DNA of 64,000 bases from an uncultured Verrucomicrobiae bacterium (lineage in GTDB: Bacteria > Chlamydiota > Chlamydiia > Chlamydiales > Rhabdochlamydiaceae): the NCBI GenBank assembly GCA_963806855.1, contig CAWDYW010000003.1, forward strand, positions 608,001 to 672,000, given 5' to 3'. The notes under the pieces were generated by a model. That model did no database searches. It saw only the letters and a program-made list of their open reading frames with translations, and was not told where the DNA came from. The position numbers and the translations under genes are program-made. This document shows, one piece after another, positions 34,920 to 45,700 of the stretch (its first letter is position 1; each line of letters opens with the position of its first letter).

Positions 34920-37547
34920 TGACATTAAGATTAAGGATGCGTAACGTAATCTCTTTAACTGCTTTGTTTGCAGCATTGATTGGGGTGGCTCAAACGTTTT
35001 TAATTGTCTTCCCCCTGGCGATTTTTTTGTCTACTTACCGCGGTTCATCCTTGACCTATGTCTATATGAGCATGGGTGTCATCATCTTCTTGATCGGCAA
35101 TTTCTTCAGATATGTTCAAAGAAACCTCTCTTTTATTCATCTATTATCTTCTACATTGATCGTTTTCGCCATTTCCCTCATCTTCTTTTGGGGCTTGCTG
35201 GTCGAAACCCATTTTAAATGGATCCCGATGGCTCTCCTCATTTGGGCAACTGTAACCTATACATTTGTTAGTCTAGTTCTTTCGAACTTGCTCGTCTGCA
35301 TCTTTACTCTACAGGAAGGAAAAAAGTTATTTGGCATCATCGGAGGATGGCGCGCTTTAGGGGGGACCATCGGTGGTTTTCTAACGCCCCTTCTAGTCAG
35401 GACAATTGGCTCTAACACTGCCCTCCTTTTAGCCCCTGCTGTTCTCTTCATTGCCCTTGGAGCTCTGTTCTTGCTCTACCGGACGAATCAAAATCGCTTT
35501 GAAGAGAAGAAATTGACTCAAGATGAGAAAAAGATCTCTTTTAAAACGCTAAAGAACAAAAGTTATGTGCTCTGTATTTTCGCTCTGGCGACTGTCTCGC
35601 TTTTTAATTATTACTCCATCGATCTGCTTTTCAATACTGAAGTCAAAAGGCATTTTTCAACCGAAGCAGAAATAGCAGGGTTCTTAGGCATCTTTACTGC
35701 TATCTCTAATATCTTCGCTGTGCTCGGGGGATTCTTTTTATTTAGCATCCTCCTAGATAAACTCGGTCTCATCTTCACCCTATTTTTGACACCGGTTATC
35801 ATCGGGGGCCTGATGGCCCTCACCCTGCTCACCGACCTTATCCCTCCTGCAGCATCTCTTGTCTTTGGCGTATACTGTTTTACCGTTTTGATGGAGCGGA
35901 TGCTACGTCAATCGATCAATAGCGAATCGCTCAACTTGCTCTACTCCCCGCTGCGACCAGCTGAGAGTCAGTGGGCTCAACTGCAATATCGAATCAATAT
36001 CCAGTCGCTCAGCACCTCGTTCATCGGCGTGATTTTATTTGGGATCCATCTCGCGGTCGGAACCAGTATCCCTTCGATTGCACTCTTTGTAATCGCGATC
36101 TCCATCTCTGGGGTGATGGTGATGCTGATGGTCAAGCGGGATTTTGTGAAAATCTTGGTTGGTGCACTAGAGAAATGGGCGCTCTACAAGCCTGAGTTGA
36201 CGCAGATGGATAAAGACACCTTAACAGTTCTAAAAGGTCGCCTAAAAAGCCCCTATCCCGAAGAGGTGATTTTCGTACTGGAATCCATTGAGAAAAATGA
36301 GCCAAATGCGTCCCCTGCCATACTCGTAGAGGCTCTCGACAACCCATCGGCCGAAGTTCGCCTCTATGCTCTGAAGAAAATCGAGCGGCAAAAAGTGACA
36401 GAAGCCCAAAAAAAAGTGGAGCAGATCTGCGGCCAAGAGAAAGATCCGAATGTACGGGGGCAAGCAATCAGGGCTCTTGGGGCCATTTCGACGATCGAAC
36501 GAAATTTCCTAAGCGATACCGATCCACAGATAGCCGCCAATAGCATCATCGCCATGATTCTCTATGGATCTGACAGCATCAAGCATGAGGCGATCCTGCA
36601 ATTGTCAAAACAGCCCAAACTGATCGTTGCGCAAGTCTTAAAAGAGGTCGATATTCCCGATAAGGCCGATCGGCTGCTCCCCCTTTTAACCGATCCCGAT
36701 ATCGAGGTGAGATTGGCAGCATGCAGAGCAGCTAGAAACCTGCGCGATGAAAGGCTATATCCTTCTCTGATTGAAAATCTGACACATGCCCACCTCCATT
36801 ACGCCGCATCCAAAACCCTGCTGAAGGCGCATCCCGTCGGCTACATCCGAACGAATTTCGATCGCTTTTCTCGGCAGGCGCAAGAGGAGCTTCTTTACTT
36901 GCTCGGCAAAATCCCCGGTGAAGAGACGATCTTATTTTTGCAAACTAATTTAGCTTCTCCAGATCGAGCGCTCTTTAAAGCCTCTCTCCACTCTCTAGGA
37001 AAGCTCTCCTACAAAGCGGCAAATAGGACGCAGATTTCTGCGCTGCTTGCCGCTGAGAACCAGAATATCTGCTTTTTAAAGCCGGTCATCGAGAGTTTGA
37101 GCGAGGCTCCCGTCCTGCACGATCTGCTTATTCGAGAAGTCGAGCTGATTCAAGAGAGCATCTTTTTGCTCTTAACCTTTATCTACCCCACACAGCCGAT
37201 CCGATCTGCGAAAGATTGGGCTGGCATCACCAGATCGAAATAAAAATAGTTACGCTGTTGAGATTTTGCTCGAGACTTTGAGCAAAGGAGATGCGGATCA
37301 ACTGGTGCCACAACTTGTGCTTCGTTCCAAGAAGGGCGAGAGAGGGCCCGATTCGATCGAAGATGCGCTCAAGAAAGTAGTCGACTTTGCTCCAAAAGCC
37401 TTTATTTCGGCGCTCAATTCGGCTGCCATCTATACAATCGGCGCACTGCGGCTAAAGTCGCTTGAAGAGATGGTTCAAAAAGATGAGGCTCCTTTCGATC
37501 CTTATCTGACTGAGATCCGTCCTTGGACTCTTAAGCAGTTATATTAA
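34919..37547 (+). CDS. Npt/TLC-like MFS membrane domain fused to HEAT repeats; frameshift(s) near 37210-37260
   Basis: About 12 TM segments with FTLQEGKKLFG, then HEAT-like repeats (DNPSAEVRLYA, DPNVRGQA, DPDIEVRLAA). Start overlaps the stop of the cNMP gene. Confidence 0.75.
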
Positions 37548-37928
37548 GTAGGGGGCAAATCCCTTGAAGGTTAGGAAAAGTCCGAGGATCAATAGGACAC
37601 CGCAGATGATCCAGTATCCCTGAGTGAACAAGGTGATGATCTTCTTCTGCACGAAAGAGGGGGCAGCGATCCGCACGATACCGCGCAGCACAAGCAGATA
37701 GCCAATCAGTGTGATGAGCCCTTGCCAGTTTAACTTATAAATGGGGTGGCCGAGGATGATAGCTAGACCCAGTAGTAGGCTAATTGATCCAGACAAGAGG
37801 AGGATCCCTTGTGAAGAGGCGTAATCCTCGAGTGCTGATTCAAATTCTTCTTTTCGCAATAGCATGTCAGCCGTTGCGATAAGGATGTAAATCCCAATTA
37901 ACTTGGCCAGAAATAGCGATAGTACCAT
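37539..37928 (-). CDS. Small membrane protein (about 4 TM)
   Basis: Hydrophobic ORF from ATG 37928 with GAGG upstream. Confidence 0.65.
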   Translation of the reverse strand: MVLSLFLAKLIGIYILIATADMLLRKEEFESALEDYASSQGILLLSGSISLLLGLAIILGHPIYKLNWQGLITLIGYLLVLRGIVRIAAPSFVQKKIITLFTQGYWIICGVLLILGLFLTFKGFAPYLI

Positions 37929-38012
37929 AAAGTTCACCTCTTTCCCCCCTTCTAGAGCCTTGCAATAATTTTTTCCAGAAAAATCCAACCTTGTGACAAG
38001 CTGAATGCAAGT

Positions 38013-39119
38013 ATGATGAAGACAAAAACGATTAGCCATCCCTCCTGGATCGAGATCGATCTCGAGCAGTTTAAGAAAAACATCGGGATCATTCGCTCCC
38101 TCATCGGCAGCAGCCTCTTTTGCCTGCCGATTAAAGCCAATGCCTACGGTCATGGCCTCTGTCCGATTGCCAAGGCGGCCCAAGAGGCAGGGATCGATTA
38201 TTTGGCGGTCGCCCATTTGCAGGAGGGGATCGCCCTCAGACAGGCCAATATCACGGTGCCCATCCTCGTCTTAGGGGCTATCCACGAAGATCAGATCGAA
38301 GAGCTCCTCCGCTATAATCTCGAGTTTTCGATTAGCTCGCTGTATAAGGCCAAACTCGTCGCCGAGGTGTGCAAGCAGATGAACCAAACCTGCGCCGTCC
38401 ATCTCGAAGTTGACACCGGGATGCAGAGGACAGGCGTCCGCCCCACCACAGCCGCCACCCTCATGCTCTTTTTGCGTGAATCAGGCTGTTTTGACATCAG
38501 GGGAGTCTATTCCCATTTCGCCAGAAATGACCAGTTTGCCCTCCACCAAATTGAAACTTTCCGCGCCCTTCTCCAAACACCTCCCTTCGTCGGGCAGCGC
38601 TTCATCGCCCATTTGGCCAATTCAGACGGGATCTGCTTCCATCCCTCTTCCACCTTCGACATGGTGCGCCCCTCGCTCCTCACTTTTGGATATCTTCCTA
38701 AAGGAGCCAAAATCGAAGGAATCGCCCCCTGCTTTTCGGTGAAGACCAAAATTTCCTACTTTAAAGTGGTCGAAGCAGAGCAGGGGATTAGCTATGGCCA
38801 TACTCACAAGACAGCCAAGAGAACGCGCATCGTGACCCTCCCAATTGGCTATGGCGATGGCTACAGAAGATCACTTTCCAATCGTGCTGAGGTGCTCATC
38901 CGGGGCAAACGGTACCCGATTGTCGGTGCGATCTGCATGGACAGCAGCATGGTCGACCTCGGCGACGATGAGGCGTTTGTCGGGGAAGAAGTGGTTCTCA
39001 TCGGGCGGCAAGGCAGCGGAGAGATCACTCTCGAAGAGATCGCCGGCCTCTGCGACACCATTCCCTACGAAATCCTCTGCTCTTTTAATGACAGATTGCC
39101 GCGTCTTTACAACTCGTGA
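38013..39119 (+). CDS. alr: Alanine racemase
   Basis: IKANAYGHG PLP lysine, VDTGMQRTG, HLANS, PIGYGDG, ICMD, TIPYEI. Confidence 0.95.
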   Translation: MMKTKTISHPSWIEIDLEQFKKNIGIIRSLIGSSLFCLPIKANAYGHGLCPIAKAAQEAGIDYLAVAHLQEGIALRQANITVPILVLGAIHEDQIEELLRYNLEFSISSLYKAKLVAEVCKQMNQTCAVHLEVDTGMQRTGVRPTTAATLMLFLRESGCFDIRGVYSHFARNDQFALHQIETFRALLQTPPFVGQRFIAHLANSDGICFHPSSTFDMVRPSLLTFGYLPKGAKIEGIAPCFSVKTKISYFKVVEAEQGISYGHTHKTAKRTRIVTLPIGYGDGYRRSLSNRAEVLIRGKRYPIVGAICMDSSMVDLGDDEAFVGEEVVLIGRQGSGEITLEEIAGLCDTIPYEILCSFNDRLPRLYNS

Positions 39120-39484
39120 TAGACCTCTTTCCACAGGCCAACCTTCCCGTTTTGGAAGGTGAGGATCGCCATCACATCAAGACGGGTTCTTCCCCCTTCC
39201 CAATCGATCTCATCAACTTGGAAATGGATGACCGCCTTTTCTCCAGCGATAATCGGAGGCTCTATCAATTTTGAATAGAGGACCGATCGGTATTTCTGTT
39301 GGCATTGGCTAAAGTAATGGAGAGACTCGTGGATATCGTTGCAGAGGATTTCGTTGTTGCTGAGAATAGTGAAGTCATCGTCGAGATATTTCTGTAGAGT
39401 GCCGACCGTCACTTGGTTTTCAGGATTTCCTATCTGGGAAAGGTACTGGTAGAAATGCTCGATGGTTTCAGCTTTACTCAGCAT
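39107..39484 (-). CDS. SnoaL/NTF2-like protein
   Basis: 125 aa; IIAGEKAVIHF and DVMAILTFQNGKV.WKEVY pattern. Confidence 0.65.
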   Translation of the reverse strand: MLSKAETIEHFYQYLSQIGNPENQVTVGTLQKYLDDDFTILSNNEILCNDIHESLHYFSQCQQKYRSVLYSKLIEPPIIAGEKAVIHFQVDEIDWEGGRTRLDVMAILTFQNGKVGLWKEVYHEL

Positions 39485-39866
39485 CTTGATACCTCAGCTT
39501 GATTTCGGGAGGCTGCATGTTCCCATTTTCTCTACACATAAAACACCTTCGGTTGAATTTCCACAAAGATATATCCGATGAAGAATTGGCCAAGCTCGAG
39601 AAAGAAAAACTCGATTCAGAATCTGAAACTCAATAGACCTCTTACAAGAGGTCTATAGAAGTCGAACAAGCTAGTTTGAGCCTTCCCCTAGGGGAAAGAA
39701 CTCAAACTCCTTGTTTTTTTATCCCTCAAGGGCGGTTCGGGGGATTCCGACAATGAAATTGACCGAAAACTTACGAACGCACGCCTTTTAGCTGACTCTA
39801 ATTTAAGAGATCATGTCCCAGTGGGAATTGCTGTAAACTTTTACCAGCAACTGATCTACTTTAGAA

Positions 39867-40478
39867 TTAGATTGCCCCTTCGTTAACGGACATTCTCACA
39901 GTTCCTACGCTATCTAAATAAGCACCTAATCGAATGGACACGTAATTTTGGTTTACATGGACTGAATTGCTGAATTTGGTTTCAACACCCACGCCACATG
40001 GCCATTGCTGGGCATTAATAATAGAAACACGGCTATTATGGTTCACATTGATTGCACTCATAAAGGTGGCAGGGTTTGCTCCGTCTTGAGCAGCAGTCCA
40101 GTTATTCATGTTTGGACCGCCTCCATCCGGCTTGCCAGTATCGACAATGACTAATCCATCAGGGTCTGTCAGAACAATACGTCCTGTGGGTAAAAGTGCT
40201 ACAATTTGGCGGCAAAGGGCAAGCAAAGTCGCATAATTTGCGCCATTAGTCTCTTGTGCTTGTAGAAGCTGAGCTTCCAACTGCGGAATAAAAGGAGCGA
40301 GCGTTTGATAGATTGTCTCATAGACGCGACTGCCTGCAAGCATCGTTCTAACATCTGCCTCGCAAGTAATACTGTTATTTTTATCTTGCGCTACTTGGCT
40401 TTGAACAGCCATTAGTTGTGAGCTGAATAGAAGAAGCGATGTTGCTCCAACTGCTAATAATTTATTTAATTTGATCAT
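39867..40478 (-). CDS. Secreted protein with a stand-alone Cache/PDC-like domain
   Basis: Signal peptide; RIVLTDPDGLVIVDT, NHNSR, G.G..KFS, YVSIR, GTVRMS resemble PhoR-type extracellular sensor domains. Confidence 0.6.
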   Translation of the reverse strand: MIKLNKLLAVGATSLLLFSSQLMAVQSQVAQDKNNSITCEADVRTMLAGSRVYETIYQTLAPFIPQLEAQLLQAQETNGANYATLLALCRQIVALLPTGRIVLTDPDGLVIVDTGKPDGGGPNMNNWTAAQDGANPATFMSAINVNHNSRVSIINAQQWPCGVGVETKFSNSVHVNQNYVSIRLGAYLDSVGTVRMSVNEGAI

Positions 40479-40710
40479 GCTTAACTCCAGTTTTAAAAGT
40501 TTGTGGTTTAAGAAAAATTGAAATCGGCCCTCACCTTTTTGGGCTTCGGAACCAGATGATACATCATTAAATTTTTATTGTGCAATCGTTTTTACGCAAA
40601 TTTATGTCTAGTACCCCTTCCGTTTGGAAGACCCTCGAAAGGAACCAGGGAAACTTTTCACAAATCAAATTTTTTAGGAGAAACAGCTTGACTTCAGCGC
40701 GATTAAGAAG

Positions 40711-40862
40711 CCGAACAACTTGAAGAATCGGTTTTCAACTCTGTCGGCTCGGCTACAAATTTTGGACCTTCACGCGCGCCTTGTTCGTAAACAATGTCGC
40801 TCGCTCCAGACTCCAAAATTTGTGCCGCACCTTGTCGAATTCCCGATTCTTCAAGTGTTCGG
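40711..40862 (+). mobile_element. Palindromic MITE, copy B (152 bp)
   Basis: Colinear with copy A; both terminal repeats slightly shortened. Confidence 0.88.
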
Positions 40863-40879
40863 TATTTTACAAGAATCAA

Positions 40880-42175
40880 TTAAAAATCAAGTCTTGCACG
40901 GAGAACAAAACCTCCATAACCAAGATCGGTAGCAAAATTGCTTTGATTTTGGTAGAAAGTTATCGATTCATCAGTAGTACTGGCTGTTAATCTATGATAC
41001 AGACCAAAACCCCACCAGTAATGGTGTTCCCAACCTAAATCAATTGTTGCCATGTATCGATCACAGCACCAATGATCTTCCCAGCGAATTCCGAGCGCTG
41101 TATCGATGATCCCTTGCATACGAGAAAAGTTATCTCTCTCAACAGGTGAAAAGGTTTGCGTAACTACACCGGTATCTACTCCAGCCAAATCTACAATAGT
41201 ATTGACGCCTGTGAATTCAATCAGATTTCTTGAACGGAATTTCCCCCAAATCAGAGAGCCTCCAAGATTTCCATAAAGGCTAAACTCACCGCATCCACAC
41301 CAGTTGCCTAAACGGAAGTTAGGTTGGAAACCAGTTAATAGTCCAACTCCCCAAGCTCTGTTGTGAATCAAATTCGCATCTGTAGAACTGAAAGTTCCAA
41401 TAGTAAGTGTTTGCATCAAAGGAATAGGAACAGCGGGAGTAGTTGGGTCAACAGTACCCCTGACATTAAAATGAGTGCTAGTCCATGCTCCTCTTAGTCC
41501 CATATAAGGTCTGACGACAAAGCATCGGCTTACATAGTATTTTTTACCCAGTTCTAAATCGATCTGGTTAAAATTGAGTTTCCACTGAGCAGAAACGTGC
41601 TCGACAGAATCTTGAGCATCTCCAACTTCATTGCCTGGATTCCAAGGCTGATTCAATCCTCCAGTACCATCCTGGTCTCCGATTTGAGCGGTAGTGACTC
41701 TCAAATATTGGGAGTCTGGTATACTTGCATGACCTTTTTTATGAGTTTTGTAATAGGTCCAGTTTAAGTAAAGATCCCATCCATCGCAATCCGTGTTCAT
41801 GCCGATTCCAACGCGAACTCCTGGATCCCATTTTGTCTTCACATAATTATGTTTTTTAGGGAATTCACTAGTAATAGCTGTCGCTGTACCATCCGTAGGT
41901 GGGAATCCCCAGATTTGGGTGGAGGTAGCAAATTCTAGGTTAGTTTCTCTTGCATACCAATACAAGAATTCCGCATCTACAAAAATTCCCCAGTCGCACT
42001 GAAGATCGTAGAATTGTGGGTTGTAGCATTCACAGTCGATGCATTTTTTTGGTTGTGGCACACAGCATGGCTCGCATGTTGTTGGGCAGCATGACCCATT
42101 TTGTCGGTACCCCGCCTCTTCTGCAGCTAGTGTAGATGCAGCAAGTAGGCCTAAGGTTAAAAATTGTGTCTTCAT
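40880..42175 (-). CDS. Cys-rich MOMP-like porin, copy 4
   Basis: CCPTTCEPCCVPQPKKCIDCECYNPQFYDLQCDWG almost identical to copies 1 and 2; ends RLDF. Confidence 0.85.
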   Translation of the reverse strand: MKTQFLTLGLLAASTLAAEEAGYRQNGSCCPTTCEPCCVPQPKKCIDCECYNPQFYDLQCDWGIFVDAEFLYWYARETNLEFATSTQIWGFPPTDGTATAITSEFPKKHNYVKTKWDPGVRVGIGMNTDCDGWDLYLNWTYYKTHKKGHASIPDSQYLRVTTAQIGDQDGTGGLNQPWNPGNEVGDAQDSVEHVSAQWKLNFNQIDLELGKKYYVSRCFVVRPYMGLRGAWTSTHFNVRGTVDPTTPAVPIPLMQTLTIGTFSSTDANLIHNRAWGVGLLTGFQPNFRLGNWCGCGEFSLYGNLGGSLIWGKFRSRNLIEFTGVNTIVDLAGVDTGVVTQTFSPVERDNFSRMQGIIDTALGIRWEDHWCCDRYMATIDLGWEHHYWWGFGLYHRLTASTTDESITFYQNQSNFATDLGYGGFVLRARLDF

Positions 42176-42305
42176 TGAAAAACCTCATGGTTAGTGATTT
42201 TCGTATAATTTTGCTTATACGGAGTTTACATTTTGCTTGCAATTGAATCTATGCACTACTAGATGATTTTTTCATAACTAGCTGCGGATAAGACCCTTAC
42301 TTATA

Positions 42306-42461
42306 CCGAAACAATTTGAAGAATCGTGAACTCGACAAGGAGGCGGCACAAAATTTGGAGTCTGGAGCGAGCGACATTGTTTACGAACAAGGCGCGCGCG
42401 AAGACCCAAACTTTGAAGCCAAGCCGACGTTGTCAAAAACCGAATCTTCAAATTGTTTCGG
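42306..42461 (-). mobile_element. 156-bp palindromic MITE, copy C (inverted)
   Basis: Reverse complement aligns to copy A; TA flanks on both sides. Confidence 0.9.
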
Positions 42462-42588
42462 TATCGCAAGAAGATTAATAAATTTGTGAATTTTTTGCTA
42501 CTCAGATAAAAAAAAATCATGAAATTGTCCTCTAGGGTTGTCCACTCTCTTTTTTTTCTCCTGAGTCTTTCTCGCCATCTCGATAGCT

Positions 42589-44442
42589 TTATTCCGCATC
42601 TTGATACCTCAGCTTGATTTCACCGATCACTGAGGGATCGGAGAGGGTCGTTGTATCGCCCGCAATCCTTCCTTCAGCGATATCGCGCAGCAGCCTGCGC
42701 ATGATTTTGCCACTGCGAGTTTTCGGTAGATCGCAAATAAAAATGATCTTCTCTGGCCTCGCGATCGCGCCGATTTTCTTGACCACATGCTGCTTCAAGA
42801 TATCCTCTAGCTCTGAGAAGTGCGTCGTCTTTTCTTTGAGCGTCACGAAAGCGCTGATGCCCATCCCCTTGATCGGATGAGCAGTCGCAATCACAGCAGC
42901 TTCGGCGACACCCTGATAATCGACTAGAGCACTTTCGATCTCCATCGTCCCGAGCCGGTGCCCCGAAACGTTGATCACATCATCGACTCGCCCCGAAAGC
43001 CAATAGTAGCCCTCCGGATCCCGTTTCGCCCCATCGCCAGTGAAGTAATATTTCCCCCCAAACTTCTTCCAATAGGTCTCCCGGAATCTCTGCGGATCGC
43101 CATGTATGCCTCGGAGCATCGAGGGCCAAGGGGAGGTGATCACCAAATAGCCGGAATCTTCCGGCTCTCCCACTTCATTCACGATAGCCACATCGATGCC
43201 TGGCAGAGGGTGGGTGGCGCTGCCCGGTTTGAGCGGCATTTGCCCCGGAATCGGAGCGATCATGATGCTGCCGGTCTCTGTTTGCCACCAGGTATCGACA
43301 ATCGGGCAATTTCCCCGTCCAATATGATCGTGATACCACATCCAAGCCTCAGGGTTTATCGGCTCGCCGACCGATCCCAAAAGGCGCAGCGAAGAGAGAT
43401 CGCACCCATTTGGCCACTCTTCCCCCCACTTCATGAAAGTGCGGATCGCTGTCGGGGCGGTATAGAGGATCGTCACCCCATATTTTTCAATGAGTTCCCA
43501 GAAACGGTTGCGCTCGGGAAAATCGGGGGCCCCTTCATAGAGCAGCTCGGTCATTCCATTCGAGAGTGGGCCATAGACCACATAGCTATGCCCCGTCACC
43601 CAACCGATATCGGCCGTGCACCAGTAAATGTCAGAGGGTTTTATGTCGAACACCCAGCGGGTGGTCATCGTCGCCCCGACGAGATAGCCGCCCGTCGTGT
43701 GGACGATCCCTTTTGGTTTGCCAGTTGTGCCCGACGTGTATAAAATATACAATTCATCCTCGGCATCCATCTCTTCGGGAGGGCACTCGTCCGCAGCCCC
43801 CAGCATCAAATCGTCATACCAGTGATCGCGGCCAGCTTGCATTGAAATAACTTGGCCCGTGTGCTGCAAAACAACCACATTCTGCACAGGAGGTGACCCT
43901 GCAAGCGCAAGGTCTGCCGTCTCCTTTAGCGGAACAATTTTGCCTTTGCGAAACCCCCCATCGGCCGTAATAAGCAGTTTCGCATCAGCGTCGAGGATCC
44001 GGTCCTTTAGCGAATCGGCAGAAAACCCTCCAAAAACTACCGTATGGACAGCGCCGATCCTAGCGCAGCTAAGCATCGCGACAACAGCTTCTGGCACCAG
44101 CGGCAGATAGATCGCCACCTTATCGCCCTTCTTAACGCCGAAACTTTTCAAGACATTGCTAAATTTGCATACCAGGCGATAGAGCTCTTCATAGCTGATT
44201 GCCCGCTCTTCGCCCCTTTCTCCTTCCCAGAGCAGCGCCGTCTTTTTTGCCACTGGCGTCCCCATATGCCTGTCGAGACAGTTATAGCAAGCATTCAACT
44301 TGCCTCCGACAAACCACTTGGCAAACGGAGGATTCCAGTCGAGCACCTTCTCCCAGGGGGAAAACCAATCCAGACATTCCGCTTGCCTCGCCCAAAAGGC
44401 CTCCCGATCCACCGCAGCTTCCTCATAAAGCTCAGTTACCAT
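42589..44442 (-). CDS. acs: Acetyl-CoA synthetase
   Basis: [48 protein letters not shown]. Confidence 0.95.
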   Translation of the reverse strand: MVTELYEEAAVDREAFWARQAECLDWFSPWEKVLDWNPPFAKWFVGGKLNACYNCLDRHMGTPVAKKTALLWEGERGEERAISYEELYRLVCKFSNVLKSFGVKKGDKVAIYLPLVPEAVVAMLSCARIGAVHTVVFGGFSADSLKDRILDADAKLLITADGGFRKGKIVPLKETADLALAGSPPVQNVVVLQHTGQVISMQAGRDHWYDDLMLGAADECPPEEMDAEDELYILYTSGTTGKPKGIVHTTGGYLVGATMTTRWVFDIKPSDIYWCTADIGWVTGHSYVVYGPLSNGMTELLYEGAPDFPERNRFWELIEKYGVTILYTAPTAIRTFMKWGEEWPNGCDLSSLRLLGSVGEPINPEAWMWYHDHIGRGNCPIVDTWWQTETGSIMIAPIPGQMPLKPGSATHPLPGIDVAIVNEVGEPEDSGYLVITSPWPSMLRGIHGDPQRFRETYWKKFGGKYYFTGDGAKRDPEGYYWLSGRVDDVINVSGHRLGTMEIESALVDYQGVAEAAVIATAHPIKGMGISAFVTLKEKTTHFSELEDILKQHVVKKIGAIARPEKIIFICDLPKTRSGKIMRRLLRDIAEGRIAGDTTTLSDPSVIGEIKLRYQDAE

Positions 44443-44530
44443 ACTAGCGATCACCATAAACCACCTAAATTTCCTCAAAGATAACAAAAAATTGGAAAAA
44501 ACCCTATAGTATTTGGCATATGGAGGACAC

Positions 44531-45337
44531 ATGAACCTGAAAATTTTTGCCTATCTAATTCTATTTTTTCTCCCAATTGTTGCTCGAGCGACGATTGTTG
44601 AAACAACGACTATCGAAGCGGTTATCCCCTTGATAGATGAGGAAACCTGGGTTGTCGTCGACCTTGACAACACCACCTTTGAGGGCAAGCAGGCCTTTGG
44701 GCACACAGAATGGTTTTACGACAAAGCCTATGCGATCATGGAAGAAGGCCTGACACTCGATGAGGCGACTCGAATCTGTTATCCCGAATGGATCGAAATC
44801 CAAAAAAAATGTCCAGTAAAACCAGTTGAACCGGCTTTCATTCATGCTTTAGGGATGTTCCAGGAAAGGGGCAACATCGTCATGGCACTTACCCATCGAC
44901 AGCCCTCTCTAGCTGAAGCGACGCTGCGGCAAATCAACTCACTAGACCTTGACTTTCAGCTCACAGCACCCGAGCCAGACACCTTGGTTGTTCCTTCGGA
45001 TACTCCCACACTCTATATTGAAGGGGTCTTATTCACTGGAGAGTACAATAAAAAGGGAGAGATTTTTGTCCGATTTTTGTCGATGATTAACAAGAAGCCA
45101 AAGAAAGTCCTTTTTATCGATGACAAACGGAGTCATGTTGAAGATGTGAAAAGGGCTCTGACCAACGAAAATATCGACTACATCGGAGTCCACTACACGG
45201 CGAACAATCATGTCGAAAAAGTCTATTCTCGTGAGCTTGCCGAACTCCAGAGAAAGTACTTCAATACCATCCTCAGCAATGAAGCAGCGCTTCTGCTGAT
45301 GCAACATGAACTCGACCAATCTTCTGAATCTGAATAG
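44531..45337 (+). CDS. Secreted HAD-like protein (DUF2608 type)
   Basis: Signal peptide, VVDLDNT, MALTHR, KG, FIDD. Confidence 0.75.
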   Translation: MNLKIFAYLILFFLPIVARATIVETTTIEAVIPLIDEETWVVVDLDNTTFEGKQAFGHTEWFYDKAYAIMEEGLTLDEATRICYPEWIEIQKKCPVKPVEPAFIHALGMFQERGNIVMALTHRQPSLAEATLRQINSLDLDFQLTAPEPDTLVVPSDTPTLYIEGVLFTGEYNKKGEIFVRFLSMINKKPKKVLFIDDKRSHVEDVKRALTNENIDYIGVHYTANNHVEKVYSRELAELQRKYFNTILSNEAALLLMQHELDQSSESE

Positions 45338-45356
45338 AGAGAAATTGAGTTATCGT

Positions 45357-45700
45357 ATGCGCAAGTACCATCACTATGGAATTCCGACAACGGAGAAAAG
45401 ACCTGACGAAAGCTATGTCGAAGGGGGAGAATACAAATTTTATACCACTCCATTCGATGCCAACAAAAGATCGTCACTAAAATTCCCCATATCGGACTAC
45501 AAGTAGACAATCTCGATGAAGAGCTCATAGGGTGCAAAGTCTTATTTGGCCCCTATGAGCCTCTCAAAGGTTACCGCGTTGCCATGATTGAAGAAGAAGG
45601 GGTTCTGATCGAACTGATCGAGACCTTCCTAACCGATAAAGAATTGACCAAGCTCGAAAGAGCAAAGCTCGACCAATCCTCAGAACCTAAAACTCAATGA
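45357..45700 (+). pseudogene. VOC/glyoxalase-like small protein with internal deletion or frameshift
   Basis: KYHHYGIPT then, in another frame, PHIGLQVDNLD...GPYEPLKGYRVAMIEEEGVLIELIET. Confidence 0.6.

Noticed and set aside
34503..37547. Pycsar/CBASS-type defence system suggested by cNMP-binding plus membrane protein
   Set aside because: No cyclase or CD-NTase is nearby, and the architecture fits the known Npt-like/HEAT plus cNMP pair.
37929..38216. Extended start of the membrane protein overlapping alr
   Set aside because: The extension is antisense to alr. ATG 37928 has an RBS.
40720..42520. Small ORFs 40720-40932, 40781-40990 and 42278-42520 (also 59119-59313 and 59124-59309)
   Set aside because: They are translations of MITE copies, not independent genes.
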